From positions 248,001-312,000 of the forward strand of contig JANJGN010000075.1 in assembly GCA_026770705.1 (NCBI GenBank): a stretch of DNA of 64,000 nucleotides, read 5' to 3'. A model generated the notes under the pieces. That model did no database searches. It saw only the letters and a program-made list of their open reading frames with translations, and was not told where the DNA came from. Source of the DNA: Isurus oxyrinchus. Lineage: Eukaryota. The position numbers and the translations under genes were made by a program. Every line of letters starts with the position of its first letter. Within the stretch, counting starts at the first letter, position 1. Below, piece after piece: positions 24,829 to 37,547 of this stretch.

Positions 24829-27003
24829 TGTTACCAGCTGCGAAATTTAATTGTGCGTTAGATGTAAATTGAAGACAACAGCGGACAACCCGCTTCGGCG
24901 GGTTAAATGAGTCGATAGTCCATGTTCATCTGCGTCCTTTTCCCTGGACACATTTCTCCCAAACGCGTTCTCCAAAATGCTTCCATCATTTGATCTTTGA
25001 TGCTCTCGAACCCAATAAACATACTCTCTCTTTCCGCTCTCTCTCAGCCTGGCCCTTCCGTCTTCTCCGCTTTCTCAATTCTTCAGGACACAAAGCTGAA
25101 AGGTTCGGGCGGGAAAGTGTTTGGTCAGAACTGGCTGGAGCCCTTGACCACACCATCAGGCCCTGTTCTGGCTTGCTCACTGATCAGGGGTCAACTTGGA
25201 ATGGTATTCCTTAAAAATGACATTCTTATTTTGTTTTAGAGAGTATACCCTTGTCACAGTCACGCTCTAGGGTGGTGGGTTATTAGACTCAGGGACTCCC
25301 GGGGAGGGGGTGGGGGAGCGGTTACGGGGTCTATGCATTGGATAAGACCAACACTCCGAGGGGAGAGAGAAGTGTAGGTCCCCCAGGCCTTGGAGATGTC
25401 GGGGTGGGGGCGGGGTTGGGGGTGGTGGTTGTTTCCTGAGCCCTAAGCCCTGGGTGGATAGAGAGGGCTGGACATGAGCCCCAGGCCCCACTCTGCCAGT
25501 TATTTTATCTTTTGTGTAATGTGTTATGGTGCAAATCAGTGCGGGCCCTGCCCCCCTATTTCATGTCGTGTCAGTTAAGAAAAAAATACTAAAAACAAAA
25601 ATATCTATTTCGTTAATATAAACGCTGGTCTGAGAGCTGATCCGGATGGAACCCCATTGCTCTCTTCCAGTGACAGGAGTTAAACCAGGACAAGGTCAGT
25701 CGTCAAATTTTAATACATTTATTGCGAAAATGAAAGCGCGGGATTGCTTTATAACCAGACTGGGATAAAATTAAAGTGGCTTCCAATGTATCTTTATTAA
25801 CTATAGCAATAACAGAAATCCCTTCCCCAGCATCCAACATCAGTAAAACCCGGCTCTGAAATGGAAATGGATTTTTGCCTTTAGTTTCTGGGCGTGAAAA
25901 CCTGCCTAATCTTAGCACAGAGATGATAATCTGGCGGAGGTAGGGACTAATCAGGCAGTTGGTAAAGGGCAGGTCATCATCGGTACCAGTGGTTGAAATC
26001 TGTCCCATTCCATAAGCTTCTTCTGATCCATCTCTCCTCATCTTCATTCTGGTACGTATCTCAGACGGGCCTGGCGCCCAGGGACATATATTCAGTGAGT
26101 GGGCTAGAACATCACCTGAGCTTGGAGCTCTCGTTAAAACTACCTGTACATCAAGAGTTTCCTTGCATAATCGTGGAACAGGGTGACTCCTTCATGGTCA
26201 TTAGGCAGATCGGGACTGGGCTTCTCACTGGGGTCTCAGGAGCTCTGGGATTGTTCTACAGCTTCACCGCTGTATAGAGGGTGCACTCCTCACTCTGGGC
26301 ATGGCTGGTATCTCGCTGACATTGATGATGAAAGGAATCGTGCAATTGGTCAAAAATTCAGCAATCGTCTTAACATCTGATAAAAATTCACGAAATTCTA
26401 TCAGCAGTTGAAGGGAGCAGAAAGAGGCAAAAACTCAGCAGCGCGTTTGGTCTTGTGAACAGATGCTAATATGGAGCAGACCTCAACGCTAAAGGGCATT
26501 GACTGTCTGCTTCCTATTTCTTTTCCCAGTGAAGTTATTAGAACAGAGGGAAGCTGTTTCTCTTACTAACAACTAGGGATTCGCCAGCAAAGGCAGGGAA
26601 ACAGGAGATTCCAAAAAGTTGAGGAATTTACGATCTGAGCGATAAGTACCCCACCCCTACCAGTACTCCCCCCCCCCCCCCCACCCCCGCCACCATCTCG
26701 CCTGCCCGTCCTCACCACTCCCTGCACAAGCTTTTTTCACTTCAATGGGAAGGGATCCTTGCGGGATGTGCATTGTTTTGGCAAAATCCCAATCACCAGA
26801 ATATTAAAACACAAGGAATTAGATTCGAAGTAGGCTATTCGGGCCCTCGATAATGTTCTGTCATTCGGAAAGGTCATAGATGATCTTATTGTGTCCTTAA
26901 CTCCACATTCCTACCCCTCCCCATCACTCTTCACTTCCTTGTCAGTCAAAATGCTATCTAACTTAGCCGTTTACAATTGCTTTGAATGTACATTTTAAAA
27001 CAG

Positions 27004-27278
27004 ATCCACAGGCATAACTAACTTGATCAAGCGACAGGCGTGTATTTAATGGGAGAGCCGGCCACCATTACCTGCACCGTGACTGAAGCATATCGGGATA
27101 AAATTTTCCAATTATATAAAGATGACAATCAGCTGTCCTCCCTGCAAATTGACACATTGGGTCATGCCAGGTTACAGGCAGAAGAAGCCACGGCAATATC
27201 AGTGTCAGCATGGAATTTCCATTATGAGTTGGCTGCTAACATCGCCAGTGAGCAAATTTCTGTCACTGGCGATAGCAG
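27004..27278 (+). pseudogene. Ig receptor pseudogene, domain exon 1
   Basis: LDQATGVYLMGEPATITCTV...FQLYKDD, then a frameshift to RQYQCQHGISI...SPVSKFLSLAIA. Donor decayed to ttgact. Confidence 0.85.
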
Positions 27279-28092
27279 TTGACTGGCGAGGAACAGAAAT
27301 TGTTAATATGTCTATTAAACGGTCTTGGCATATTCACAAATCCGTCTTTAATATCCTGCAAACAAATGAAATGTTCAGTATCAGGATAGAATGGCAAATC
27401 CAAATGGCCTTCATTTGATCGTTCAACTCTTGACAGAAGCTCTGAAAGAATGAGACTGTAATCACTAGCTGTAGATGAGCTGTCGCTACAGTGTCTGTGG
27501 TTGGCGGTAAGGAGTGAAGGGACAGTCAGCAGCTGAAGGGCTCTGTTACTGGGGGAAATCTGGTGATCATTGGTGGATGACGTCACAGTCTATCCGGCGA
27601 CTGGGTTAAGTCCAGTGTGACGTCGCAGGCTCACCCTGTGTCCTGTTTCAACCCCCATTGACCAACTCCCCACACATGGGAGGTGGGGAATGCTGAACCT
27701 TTCCTTCATTATTACACATGAGACTTCAATTTCCACAAAGATGCAGGCATTATTTCAAAAGAGAGTCTCCTTAACTAATTTGGTAGCATTGACTGATTTC
27801 TCTTGATGTGATCTTACTTGGTACACGCATGATGCTGTGATACCTACAGTGCAACCATCATTACAACTTGACTGTAAATCATTAGCTGTACAGTTTTTGC
27901 AGAGTCCAGAGGTCCTTCGATATTAAATGCCTTAGTCGCCTTTGTATTAGGACCACAGTCCTGGGTGCAATCACTTTCTCCCACACTGAGCGTTCGTTGT
28001 TGAGTTACCAAAATTTAACTTGTTACGACACATACGTTTCCTCTAGTCCTTATCTAAACTTAATTCCTACCTATGTTTTTTATCTACCGAAG

Positions 28093-28375
28093 AGTCATGA
28101 ATAACGCCAGTCAAATCTCTTGATTAACCGACTGGGCTGTATGTAGTAAGAGAGAAGGTAAGCATTACTTGCACTATGACTGGAGATTATCGCTATCGAA
28201 CCATTTCCCTATAGCGGAATGATGTTTACCTCTACGCCAGTAAAATCAGCACAGAACGACACAGCGGCACCTACGCAGTTACAGGTGAAAACGCTGGAAG
28301 TCAGTATAATTGTGGATTTGGAACCAAGGCTGTTAGAGTCTAAACCCAGCAATGTTGTAACGGTCACAACTGCAG
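28093..28375 (+). pseudogene. Ig receptor pseudogene, domain exon 2
   Basis: SLD*PTGLYVVREKVSITCTMTGD...SKPSNVVTVTTA|gtaag. Several stops and a deletion removing the second Cys. Confidence 0.8.
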
Positions 28376-28980
28376 GTAAGTGGAAGAAAACTTGGATTTG
28401 TAGAAAGTTTCAGCAATCCTTTTGGTATTTTCAACAATTAATGTTCTTGTAACAAAATGAATTATTTCTCATGGCGCCAGAGAAAACTATTGGGAGAGCC
28501 ATTCACCTCAGAGTTAAACTCTTGGCATCACCTCTCTGACATTGGGCGCCTGAATTCACCCGCTGAGATCCGTTTACCGTCAAGATTGCTACCGCAAACT
28601 ATCAGAAACACGCAATGACTCTATGGTCAAATTAGTGTCCTTAATCCAAAAAATGATCCAGTGGTATGAACGGTTTCAATTTACTCCTTCACCAGAACCT
28701 TCAACATAATCACAAGTTCGCACTCTGAAGAAAAAACAGAATATAAACCTGTCAATGTGTATAAACAGGCCCAGGAATACAAATGCAAATAGTGTCACCA
28801 GTCGAGCCTTCTGATTGGTTTCTGCTCACAGAATATGTCAGTGTTTGGGGAACGCTTTCCTCCTCAACTGAAAATTCAGCTTTACGTCTGATGGTCACAA
28901 TTTATTTCGAGAAATCGGCACTCCATTTGCTTGATGCCTTCATGTTAGAATTTTATAATTGGTCACCGAGTAAAACAAAT

Positions 28981-29731
28981 ACAGAATTACCTGGAAAAAC
29001 TCAGCAGGTCTGGCAGCATCGGCGGAGAAGAAAAGAGTTGACGTTTCGAGTCCTCATGACCCTTCGACAGAACTTGATTTCGAGTCCAAGAAAGAGTTGA
29101 AATATAAGCTGGTTTAAGGTGTGTGTGTGGGGGGCGGAGAGATAGAGAGAGAGAGAGGTGGTTGTGTAGACAAACAAGCAGTGATAGAAGCAGATCATCA
29201 AAAGATGTCAGTGACAATAGTACAAAAGAACACATAGGTGTTAAAGTTAAAGTTGGTGATATTATCTAAACGAATGTGCTAATTAAGAATGGATGGTAGG
29301 GCACTCAAGGTACAGCTCTAGTGGGGGTGGGGGGAGCATAAAAGATTTTAAAATATTTAAAAATAATGGAAATAGGTGGGAAAAGAAAAATCTATGTAAT
29401 TTATAGGGAAAAAAAAGGGAAAAAGGGGGAAACAGAAAGGGGGTGGGGATGGGGGAGGGAGCTCATGACCTAAAGTTGTTGAATTCAATATTCAGACCGG
29501 AAGGCTGTAAGGTGCCTAGTCGGAAGATGAGGTGTTGTTCCTCCAGTTTGCGTTGGGCTTCACTGGAACAATGCAGTAAGCCAAGGACAGACATGTGGGC
29601 AAGAGAGCAGGGTGGAGTGTTAAAATGGCAAGCGACAGGGAGGTTTGGGTCATTCTTGCGGACAGACCGCAGGTGTTCTGCAAAGTGGTCGCCCAGTTTA
29701 CGTTTGGTCTCTCCAATGTAGAGGAGACCAC
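28981..29731 (-). mobile_element. 5'-truncated Penelope-like retroelement (GIY-YIG endonuclease C-terminus, 3' UTR, hammerhead-bearing terminus)
   Basis: GLLYIGETKRKLGDHFAEHLRSV...PVACHFN...EQHLIFRLGTLQPSGLN in ORF 29463..29900. Flanked by aaaacaaat (28972-28980, 29732-29740). Confidence 0.92.
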
Positions 29732-29789
29732 AAAACAAATTCCGTGTTCCCAAAGTTCTTCCATTCCAAAGTCTTTGTTTAGATTTCAA

Positions 29790-30130
29790 TTTTACTAGTT
29801 GCAGTAATTCTCCAAGGCTCCTTAGACAGCACCTTCCAAAACCACGACTGCTACCACCTAGAAGGACCAGGACAGAAGAAACATGGGAATACCACCACAT
29901 GGAAGTTCCCCTCCAAGTTACTCACCATCCGCACCTGGAAATATATTGGCCATTCGTTCACTGCCGCTGCGTCAAATTCCTGGAACTCCCTCCCTATGTG
30001 TAGGTGTGCACCTACAGCACATTGATTGGAGCTGTTCAATAAGGCGGCTCACCAACAACTTCTCAAGTGCAACTAAGGATGGGCAATAAATGCTGGCCAA
30101 GACAGCGAAGCCCACATTTCGTGAATGAAT
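29790..30130 (+). mobile_element. LINE 3' tail fragment
   Basis: Reverse complement of the element at 22383-22700; ends gatgggcaataaatgctggcc...gaatgaat. Confidence 0.8.
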
Positions 30131-30429
30131 TTAATATAGTAGAGTATAATTGCTTATTTCGTGATCCTCCATTTTTGTGGTGGAATATGTATTGGAGTTA
30201 GACAGTGTCTGAACTCTGGCACATATAGTCTGTTATCATACTCATCTGTTGACTTAATTTTAATTCAACTGAGACCATTTCGCGTCCAAACAATATGAAG
30301 TCTGAATGGCATTTGTCCCACAACAGTTCGGAATTCTGGGACTTTAACAACGATGAGAATCATGAACTCACAAGCCACCTGCTGCCTATAACCAAAACCT
30401 CCAAACGGGGAAAAAGAGCATTCAGTGCC

Positions 30430-31328
30430 TGTTATGGCAACTGGATTTTAAATTGCAAACTGCCAAATCCCATGGTGAAACTTGAAACGACGACACAACG
30501 TTATGCAATTTGTATTTATTACAAGGTGCGGGCTTTGAAGTCATTTGAAAAAAAAAACACCAACTCTTACAGGTTTCTTAAACATCTGAATTACACCGTT
30601 ATCAAGAGAGAGATTATTTTTGAACACATACTTAGTTCTACAAATTACTACTAGGATAACTTCTAAAACCCGTAATTAACCTGAGCCCCAGTCACACATC
30701 TGTTTAGGAAAGAGTGAGTACATTTTAAAAGACCCATGTAAAGAAACATACAGTACTCTTAACAGTCGAATTCAAAGTGTTTTTTTCTTCTCAGGTTGAA
30801 TTCCTTGTAGACAAAAGCTTGAGTCCCCAATACTGGAGTCTTTTCAGATCTGTGTTAGATTTTAGAATGTCTTCCCTAACACACAACCTTGTCTCCTTTA
30901 TACATGTGCTCCTCTCTGAATGCAAATTCTCAATCTTTCGCTATGTCATGGGCCTTACTTCTCTCAAGTAATAAAATTTATCACAGTCCCAATTTTACCC
31001 GAAATCTTTGGGAAAAATAAACACACTGCTTCCTAATTTCACATTCCTAGGTGAAACATTTTACCGTCTCTTTTTAACCCAAGCTAGTTTCGTTTATTTT
31101 AAAATGCAAATGTTCCCTTTACGCCTATGTTTATCCACTTAACGTTTGAAACCTCGCTCATCTTCTCTTACGTAAAAGCCTTCAGACCAGCGGCCTTTTA
31201 TTCAATTGAGTCCACCCTCCAACTCCCGCCCACGCCCCTCCCCGTCACACACACCATAGACAGACAACTTTACTGCACTTTACAATAAATTTCAATAACC
31301 TTTTGAAAGTTATTATATCTTGCTGACA
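30430..31328. mobile_element. Possible solo LTR
   Basis: Begins tgtta, ends tgaca, flanked by gtgcc / atgcc (4 of 5 match); non-coding; lies in a pseudogene intron. Confidence 0.4.
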
Positions 31329-31823
31329 ATGCCCAGAAACTCTTGCTGCATTAGTAGTGCATACTACGAATTGAACTGAAAATCCCCACTGTTCATGCGA
31401 ATTGTTCAGTCATTTCAATCAGGTTATGTCTTAACTAAATTAGTGAAATAAGAATTGCAAAATACTCAATCCCCTTCTACCCCTGATAATCCAGAGTGAT
31501 ATTTTTTTTAGCGCTAATGCCTGGGGTTTTGAAATGCATTTACATTTAATTTAATCGCTTTCGCACTGCTACTTGATTCTGCTAATGATTCATTGGAATG
31601 GCGAGCAAGCTGGAGTGCCGAATGGTCTACCCCTGCTCATATGTCTTATGTTCTTATGTTCAATTGAAAGAAGAAAAACTGCACGTTGTCTCCAATCTCA
31701 ACAGCCTCTGCAAACATTTGCCTTTATTATATCTCAATTCTTAGTGAGTTTCAATAGTTTCACTGCACAAGAAAAACTGAAAATCCATTTATGCTTTTTT
31801 TCATTCCAAGCATTTCACCACAG

Positions 31824-32090
31824 AACGGCTAACACGGCCCACTTGATGAGCCGACTGGGGTGTATTTAGAAGGCGAGACCATCGTCTCACAGTGAACAGA
31901 AAGAATCCCGCAAAAATCAACTTTTACAGAGATTCTTAACTGTTTCCCTCTGAACAAATCGTCGCGAAGGACACCATTGGCTAATTCGGGTTGACAGATA
32001 GAAGCCAAGGAGGGCGGTACCAGTGCAAATAAAGAACCTCCGTCTAAAGGAGATGGTCGGAATCTGAGCCCAGTGACCCTATGAGAGCAG
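31824..32090 (+). pseudogene. Ig receptor pseudogene, domain exon 3
   Basis: ttcaccacag|...LDEPTGVYLEGETI...INFYRDS*...SQGGRYQCK*...SEPSDP..A|gtgtgt. Multiple stops and deletions. Confidence 0.8.
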
Positions 32091-32996
32091 GTGTGTGAAA
32101 GCACCATTGAATGTTAATTTGATTGTTCAATTGCTCCAGTCTTGACTCACAGAGAGGGGCTTTGTGATCACCTTTTATTTGTAACGAAACATCCTGACTA
32201 CGTGGGATGACCCGTTTCCGTCAGAGTTACCAGTAATCACAGACTAAGAAATCCAACAGAACACGCGAAGACCGCTCGGCCCGCCCGGGCTATGGCGCCT
32301 CTTTGAAAGAGTTAGACACGCTTTCCTTTTTCGCTCTTGGGAGCTGTGGGTAACTGGCAAGAGCAGAATTTAATTGCCATCTCTAATTCCTCTTGCGAAG
32401 TTAAATCAGCTCCACACCCAAGTCATTAACCACTATATCTGCAATTTTTCCCACACCAGTGATTATCCAATTCCTTTTGAAAGACACTGATTATTCTGAT
32501 TCCTTCACACTGTCAGAGAGAACATTTCAATTCCCCACAAATTGCTGCTTCAGTATAATTTTCCTGATCTCTCTTCTGGTGCCGTTGGCAAACAAATAAA
32601 AGCCATGTTATCCGATTACTCAAAATCTACCACCGAAAGCCATTGTTCCTTATTTACTTTACAGAAATCTTTCATGATTTCGAATATCGCTATGAAATTT
32701 CCTCTTAAACTTCCCTGAACTGACGAGAAAATTTCCGGTTGGATTCATTCTCCATATAACGGAAAGCCTCATGGCTGGAACCATCCCAGTGGGCGCCCTC
32801 CTAATTCATTGCAAAGCATTGTCATCCTTCCCAAGGTGTGGTGTGCAGAATTGGACACAATAGTCCAACTGCTTGCTAAAAAGTGTTTAATGAAATTTTA
32901 GCATTTTTTGACTCTATTCACCAAGTGAAAAGGTTAATATTTCCTTTCGGATTTTTCCTTTTACTCATGCTGCAATATTTTTCCTTTCTAATTCAG

Positions 32997-33287
32997 GTCT
33001 GCCAAAACCAAATATATCAGTGGATACTGACGTTGTTGTTAAGGGTGGTGAAGTCACGTTTAACTGCACAGGCCCCCGGGGTTTTCAGTTCATCAAATTG
33101 TACTTATACAAGCGAGGGAAAGAGAATTATTCAGATATCTAATATACCTGGTGGCCGGTACAAACCTTTACCATGGCGAAAGTGGGTTACGCTAAAGGAG
33201 GGATTTTCTTCTTCCTGTATGACATGGACGTAAATGAAAGGCTGATAACTTTGGCTCTGAGTGGCTCTGTGTATTTCAGTCCAAGAG
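32997..33287 (+). pseudogene. Ig receptor pseudogene, domain exon 4 (paralog of 61266-61562)
   Basis: ctaattcag|GLPKPNISVDTDVVVKGGEVTFNCTG...LYLYKRG...DI*...|gtgaat. 291 nt, one in-frame TAA, second Cys lost. Confidence 0.85.
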
Positions 33288-34541
33288 GTGAATGAGATTC
33301 ATGCAGTCACTGTGTTTATTCAAGTCCCGCTCCTTTTCTGTTTCAATATCGAGCTGCATCAGGTGTCGTACCAATATATTATCTGTGTTTGACAATATTA
33401 TGCAGGAATAAAACAACAGAACCTGGCCTCATTAACTTTGCAGTTAGAATGAAACAAACGTTCAATAACCGATTGCACAATGGATCAAATCATAAATGAA
33501 GGTATTAATTGTTACAACCACGGGAGCACGGGTAAAAGTGACATCTTTATTCCCCCGTTCGAGGTTTGACTGTAACAATATTTGTAAATTTAGTGAAGAT
33601 ATGCTTTGCCAATAAATTAGGATCTCACTTAATATGCTTTCGAATTATAAAATGTTACCTCAACATGCTTTCTGAGGTTAAACAAACACAAGGTTTATAT
33701 ATTTAAATAATCCCCGTTTTTGCAACACACTAGCAAAATTGCAAACTCTATTCATACGTCAAACACACCCGTGGCACACACAGAGTCCAGAGACCGACGC
33801 ACACTCCACAGGCTCACAAACATTCCCGAGACCGGCACGCACTCCAGAGGTCCCCCTACACACACACCCGAGCCGGATCACCACCCACCACCCCTCACCC
33901 CCATCACCCCATCCCCCCACCCCCCCCCCCCCCCCCCCCAGCCCCCGCCCCAGACACACAGACGCACTAGTATAATTGCTGGTATAAAAGCAGTGTTTTA
34001 AGGCATGTTTCTCAGTTCGTGAAGTAGGTAAAAATAATGTCTATAATGTTAAGTGTGCTTTAGCTGGCCTCGATGATGTGATTCCACTTGAGGCCGTCTT
34101 GTTCGATTGTCGTCCTGGATGTAGTTCTATGGAGCAGATTTCAACGTATTATTTAATAGGAGTCTCTGTTTGCAGTAGATTTCCCTTCTCCGCATGGTTA
34201 TTTTGCTAATTTTGGTACATTAATTGCAAGAGAAAGAAAGCGGCAGACAGAGATAAAGCAAACAGGTATTCCAGACTGTTTCAGTTTAGCATTCCATTCT
34301 CCCAACTCATCTTCCTGGCTTGGTAATCAGTTCTTAAAGTCCTCCTGATTGTCCATTTCACAGGAATACGGTGAATCCATGTCTACTGTGGTCATTGTGT
34401 TTCACGCAGGCAACTGAATTTTGATGTATGATCTCAGAAACATTTGAAAATTTTAAAGAGAGTGCGAATGTCAATGGTAGATTGGGTCTTTCGCAATCGC
34501 CCGATGTTCTGGGTGCCTGTTCCTGCTTCATGTCACTTGAG

Positions 34542-34643
34542 TAAATTGCAAGATTGAATAATCTAGCCGGCTGGCGTTCCACCATTGTCTTACTGGCATT
34601 GCAGTGTATTGGGATTAAAAATGAAGCCAGAAAAAAAGTGTAA
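34542..34643 (+). pseudogene. Possible decayed transmembrane/short-tail terminal exon of the pseudogene
   Basis: With small frameshifts it reads N-C-K-I-E / N-L-x-R-L-A / STIVLLALQCIGIKNEARKKV*, resembling the DYTVENLIRM pattern of activating LRC receptors. Lies 1.25 kb after the last Ig exon, with AATAAA downstream. Confidence 0.35.
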
Positions 34644-37529
34644 AATATAAAATATGCATTAACCAAATATAAAAAACTTCTTTGTAACGTAATGAATAAT
34701 TCAATGAAGTAAATAACCAATGAGGAAATGTGACAAGGAGAACATGACGGAATCAATCATTCAATCTATGGAAGAGTGTGGAACATTGTTAATTAACCAA
34801 TGGCTCAATAAAATAACGTATCAGTGACACATCACTTGGATGGCACTACCTTTAGCCGCACTTAATGATTTGGTTTGTTGCATGATTGCAAGATGTGCTC
34901 CAATTCCGTTGTTATTTATTTGCCAGGAACAAAGGGGGCTGTTTTCTGTCATATGGTTTGTTTATTCTTCGTATTACGTTGTTGATGAATGACTGTCTCT
35001 TTAATAAAACCCTATACCAGATACATTCTTCTTAAAACAAACAGACATCGGATACATTTAAAAATATTTCTTAAAATATTCTGCTTATTACAATTTTCCT
35101 TGATTTTTTTTCAACGTTGACAAGGCATTCGCTATCCAGCGCACCTGGAAATCTTTGATCAAACAAGTGCAGCAGAATCAAAGAGTATGTAAGTTACAGA
35201 ATTATTTCCATAAAACTGCACTAAACAGAGAGAAAGAGTGAGTAAGGGAGATAGAGAGAGAGAGAGAGAGAGAAAGAGAGGTGATCTGGTCAATAATTGA
35301 AGACTGCATTCATCTCAAACTGATGATTTGTTGGTGTTGTGCACCCACTCTGTCCTATTATTATGCGTTCTAAAGCTCAAAGAGCAGGGCGCTGTGTGAA
35401 AGAATTTGAAAAGTGTAGGGGAAGGTTTAAATTGGTAACTGGTCCTTTTAAGCATAATCACCTTATTTTTTCTAAATTTCGGCTCGGAATCCTAAAACCT
35501 GAGAGAAGTGAAAAAAAGACTTTCAGGCGGAATGGATTCAGTTCAGTGCTGTTTTGCTGAGGAGAGCAAGGATGCCCCAGCTTAATGTCATGATTATTGT
35601 TGTCGCCTCCATTTCTGATGATGGATGAGAGAGTCTTGGAGCAAGATGTGGGAGACCTCAGTTTAATGATTACCAGCTGTAATACAACTCTAATTCTCCA
35701 TCACAAAAAGCACTACCGTGTTCACTTGCTGCATAAAACAACAGGGTGTGCTCATCTGAGGTTCCTGCTGAAGTACTCTATTTTGATTTTATTTGCTATG
35801 TTTTTATTGTGGAAGTCATGAGGTTGATTCTAGAGTGTTTTAAATGGATGCCTGGAGATGGAATTGAGGAACGATCCCCCCCCCATACTCCCCAACCCCC
35901 ACCCCCAGCTTGTGATTACCTGACCACGATGAATGACAAACTCCCAATGACAAAAATATTTCAGGTTGTTCTTCCTGCTTTATAGGCTATTGTAGGCTAT
36001 TAAACACGTGATCATTGTTTAACTTACAAAGGTTAACATTTTCTACTATGCAGCAACCACATCCATATCTCACTACATGTTGTACAAAACTCAGAGCTGT
36101 TGCTTTAACTGTGGTGACCTCTTCACTGCCTCCCAGCCTCTGCTTCCTCTCTCATTCAATGCTTCCTGGTTTGAAGTTCTGAGCCTTGGAGGAAGGAAGG
36201 CAGCCGCCTTTCTTTCCAACTCTCATCTCTCGAAGCAGCTGGGACAGGAGCATGGAGATAGGCATTTCGATAATGTTCTTTGGTGAGTCTTCAAGCATTA
36301 TTGCACCGGCTGTACTGGGTTTCTGGTCTATATGGTGGCTGAGTGGGTAACTAGCGCAGGGAGAATGGGACTGAGGGCAACAACTGGTTTGATGTACATT
36401 GTATCAGGTTTCATTACCGGAGCAGAAATTGACTGTGTTGAATTCACCGTGAGGAACGGTGTAGGAGGTGAATTTGTTTTTACTTTTTGGGAGATGTGAG
36501 CGATTTAGATCGGAGCAGAGAACAGAAAGCGTGTCTGCTGCTGAGGGTTACCTCCTGGCCCCGTTTCCAGGCGTCGCTAAGTGGATGACTGCTGAGGATA
36601 CTGTCAGCGTCTTGTTTCATAATTTCTGTAATCAGCCTGTTTGACTGGAAAATAGGGACCGAGCTCAGAAACCAAACAATGCCATACCACCGAAGGACAA
36701 GGCAGAGAGGCATTTGCCCTAGAACTGTGTTGAAGGCAAAGCTTCCTCTTTCGGTTAAGGGAGAGGACATGATGCAGAACCAAACACTAACGCTGCTGTT
36801 TGTGTCGGATTGTGTCCGGTCACTAGTTCAGCCGGTTAACTGGAATGATCCCCAGTGGCCCTGAATTGAATTGAATATAGGCCTATCCGTATTGGAGAAA
36901 CGGTGATTGTTACCAGAAATGAAACTCTTCAATGAAGTTGGGAGACTAGAGAAATGTGTTTTTCTTTTCTTTCTGTTCTCCTCTCGTTTTAGGACAGTGA
37001 AGGTTAAGGAGGAACCTGACAGGTGTATTCATAAATCTATTGATATTTGATAAAGTGCACAGGGAGATATTATATCATTTCGCAAACAGGTCTGTAATTA
37101 TCAATGAATGAGTTAAAACATCTGGGTGAAGGGCAATTAGCAGTGACATTCTCATATTGAGGATTAAATTGATCAGGAATGGTCTAACTGTAGGAACGCG
37201 GAAGCAGATTCGACCAGAACATTGAGAAAGTATTTAAACAGTAGTTTTTAATTACGGACATTAAGTTCGGATATGTGGGGGAATTTGGACAACTGTTTAA
37301 GAAAGCAAGAATAAGTAGGAAGGACGAATGGCCTCCTTCTGTCATGTAATATGTCAAATCCTCTTCTACGTTAAAGCAATATTTGAGGTTCAACATTCAC
37401 CTTTCGCTGTGTTACTGATCTCCAACAAGGGGACATACCGCCCCTACCATTGGGCATAATTTCCCTGATTCACTTACAGGATCTCGGTCAATATTCACTC
37501 CGTTATCCTTTCTCTCTGCTGTTCCACTT

Positions 37530-37547
37530 GATGCGCGCATGCGCAGT
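37530..37547. promoter_or_regulatory. NRF1-type site (inverted paralog)
   Basis: gatgcgcgcatgcgcagt. Confidence 0.55.

Noticed and set aside
24986-25239. Exon-like segment with basic stretch ELRKRRRRK on the minus strand
   Set aside because: Arises from a pyrimidine-rich tract; no homology or consistent splice phase could be established.
33510-34490. Possible LTR-like insertion starting tgttaca
   Set aside because: Right boundary and target duplication could not be fixed with confidence.
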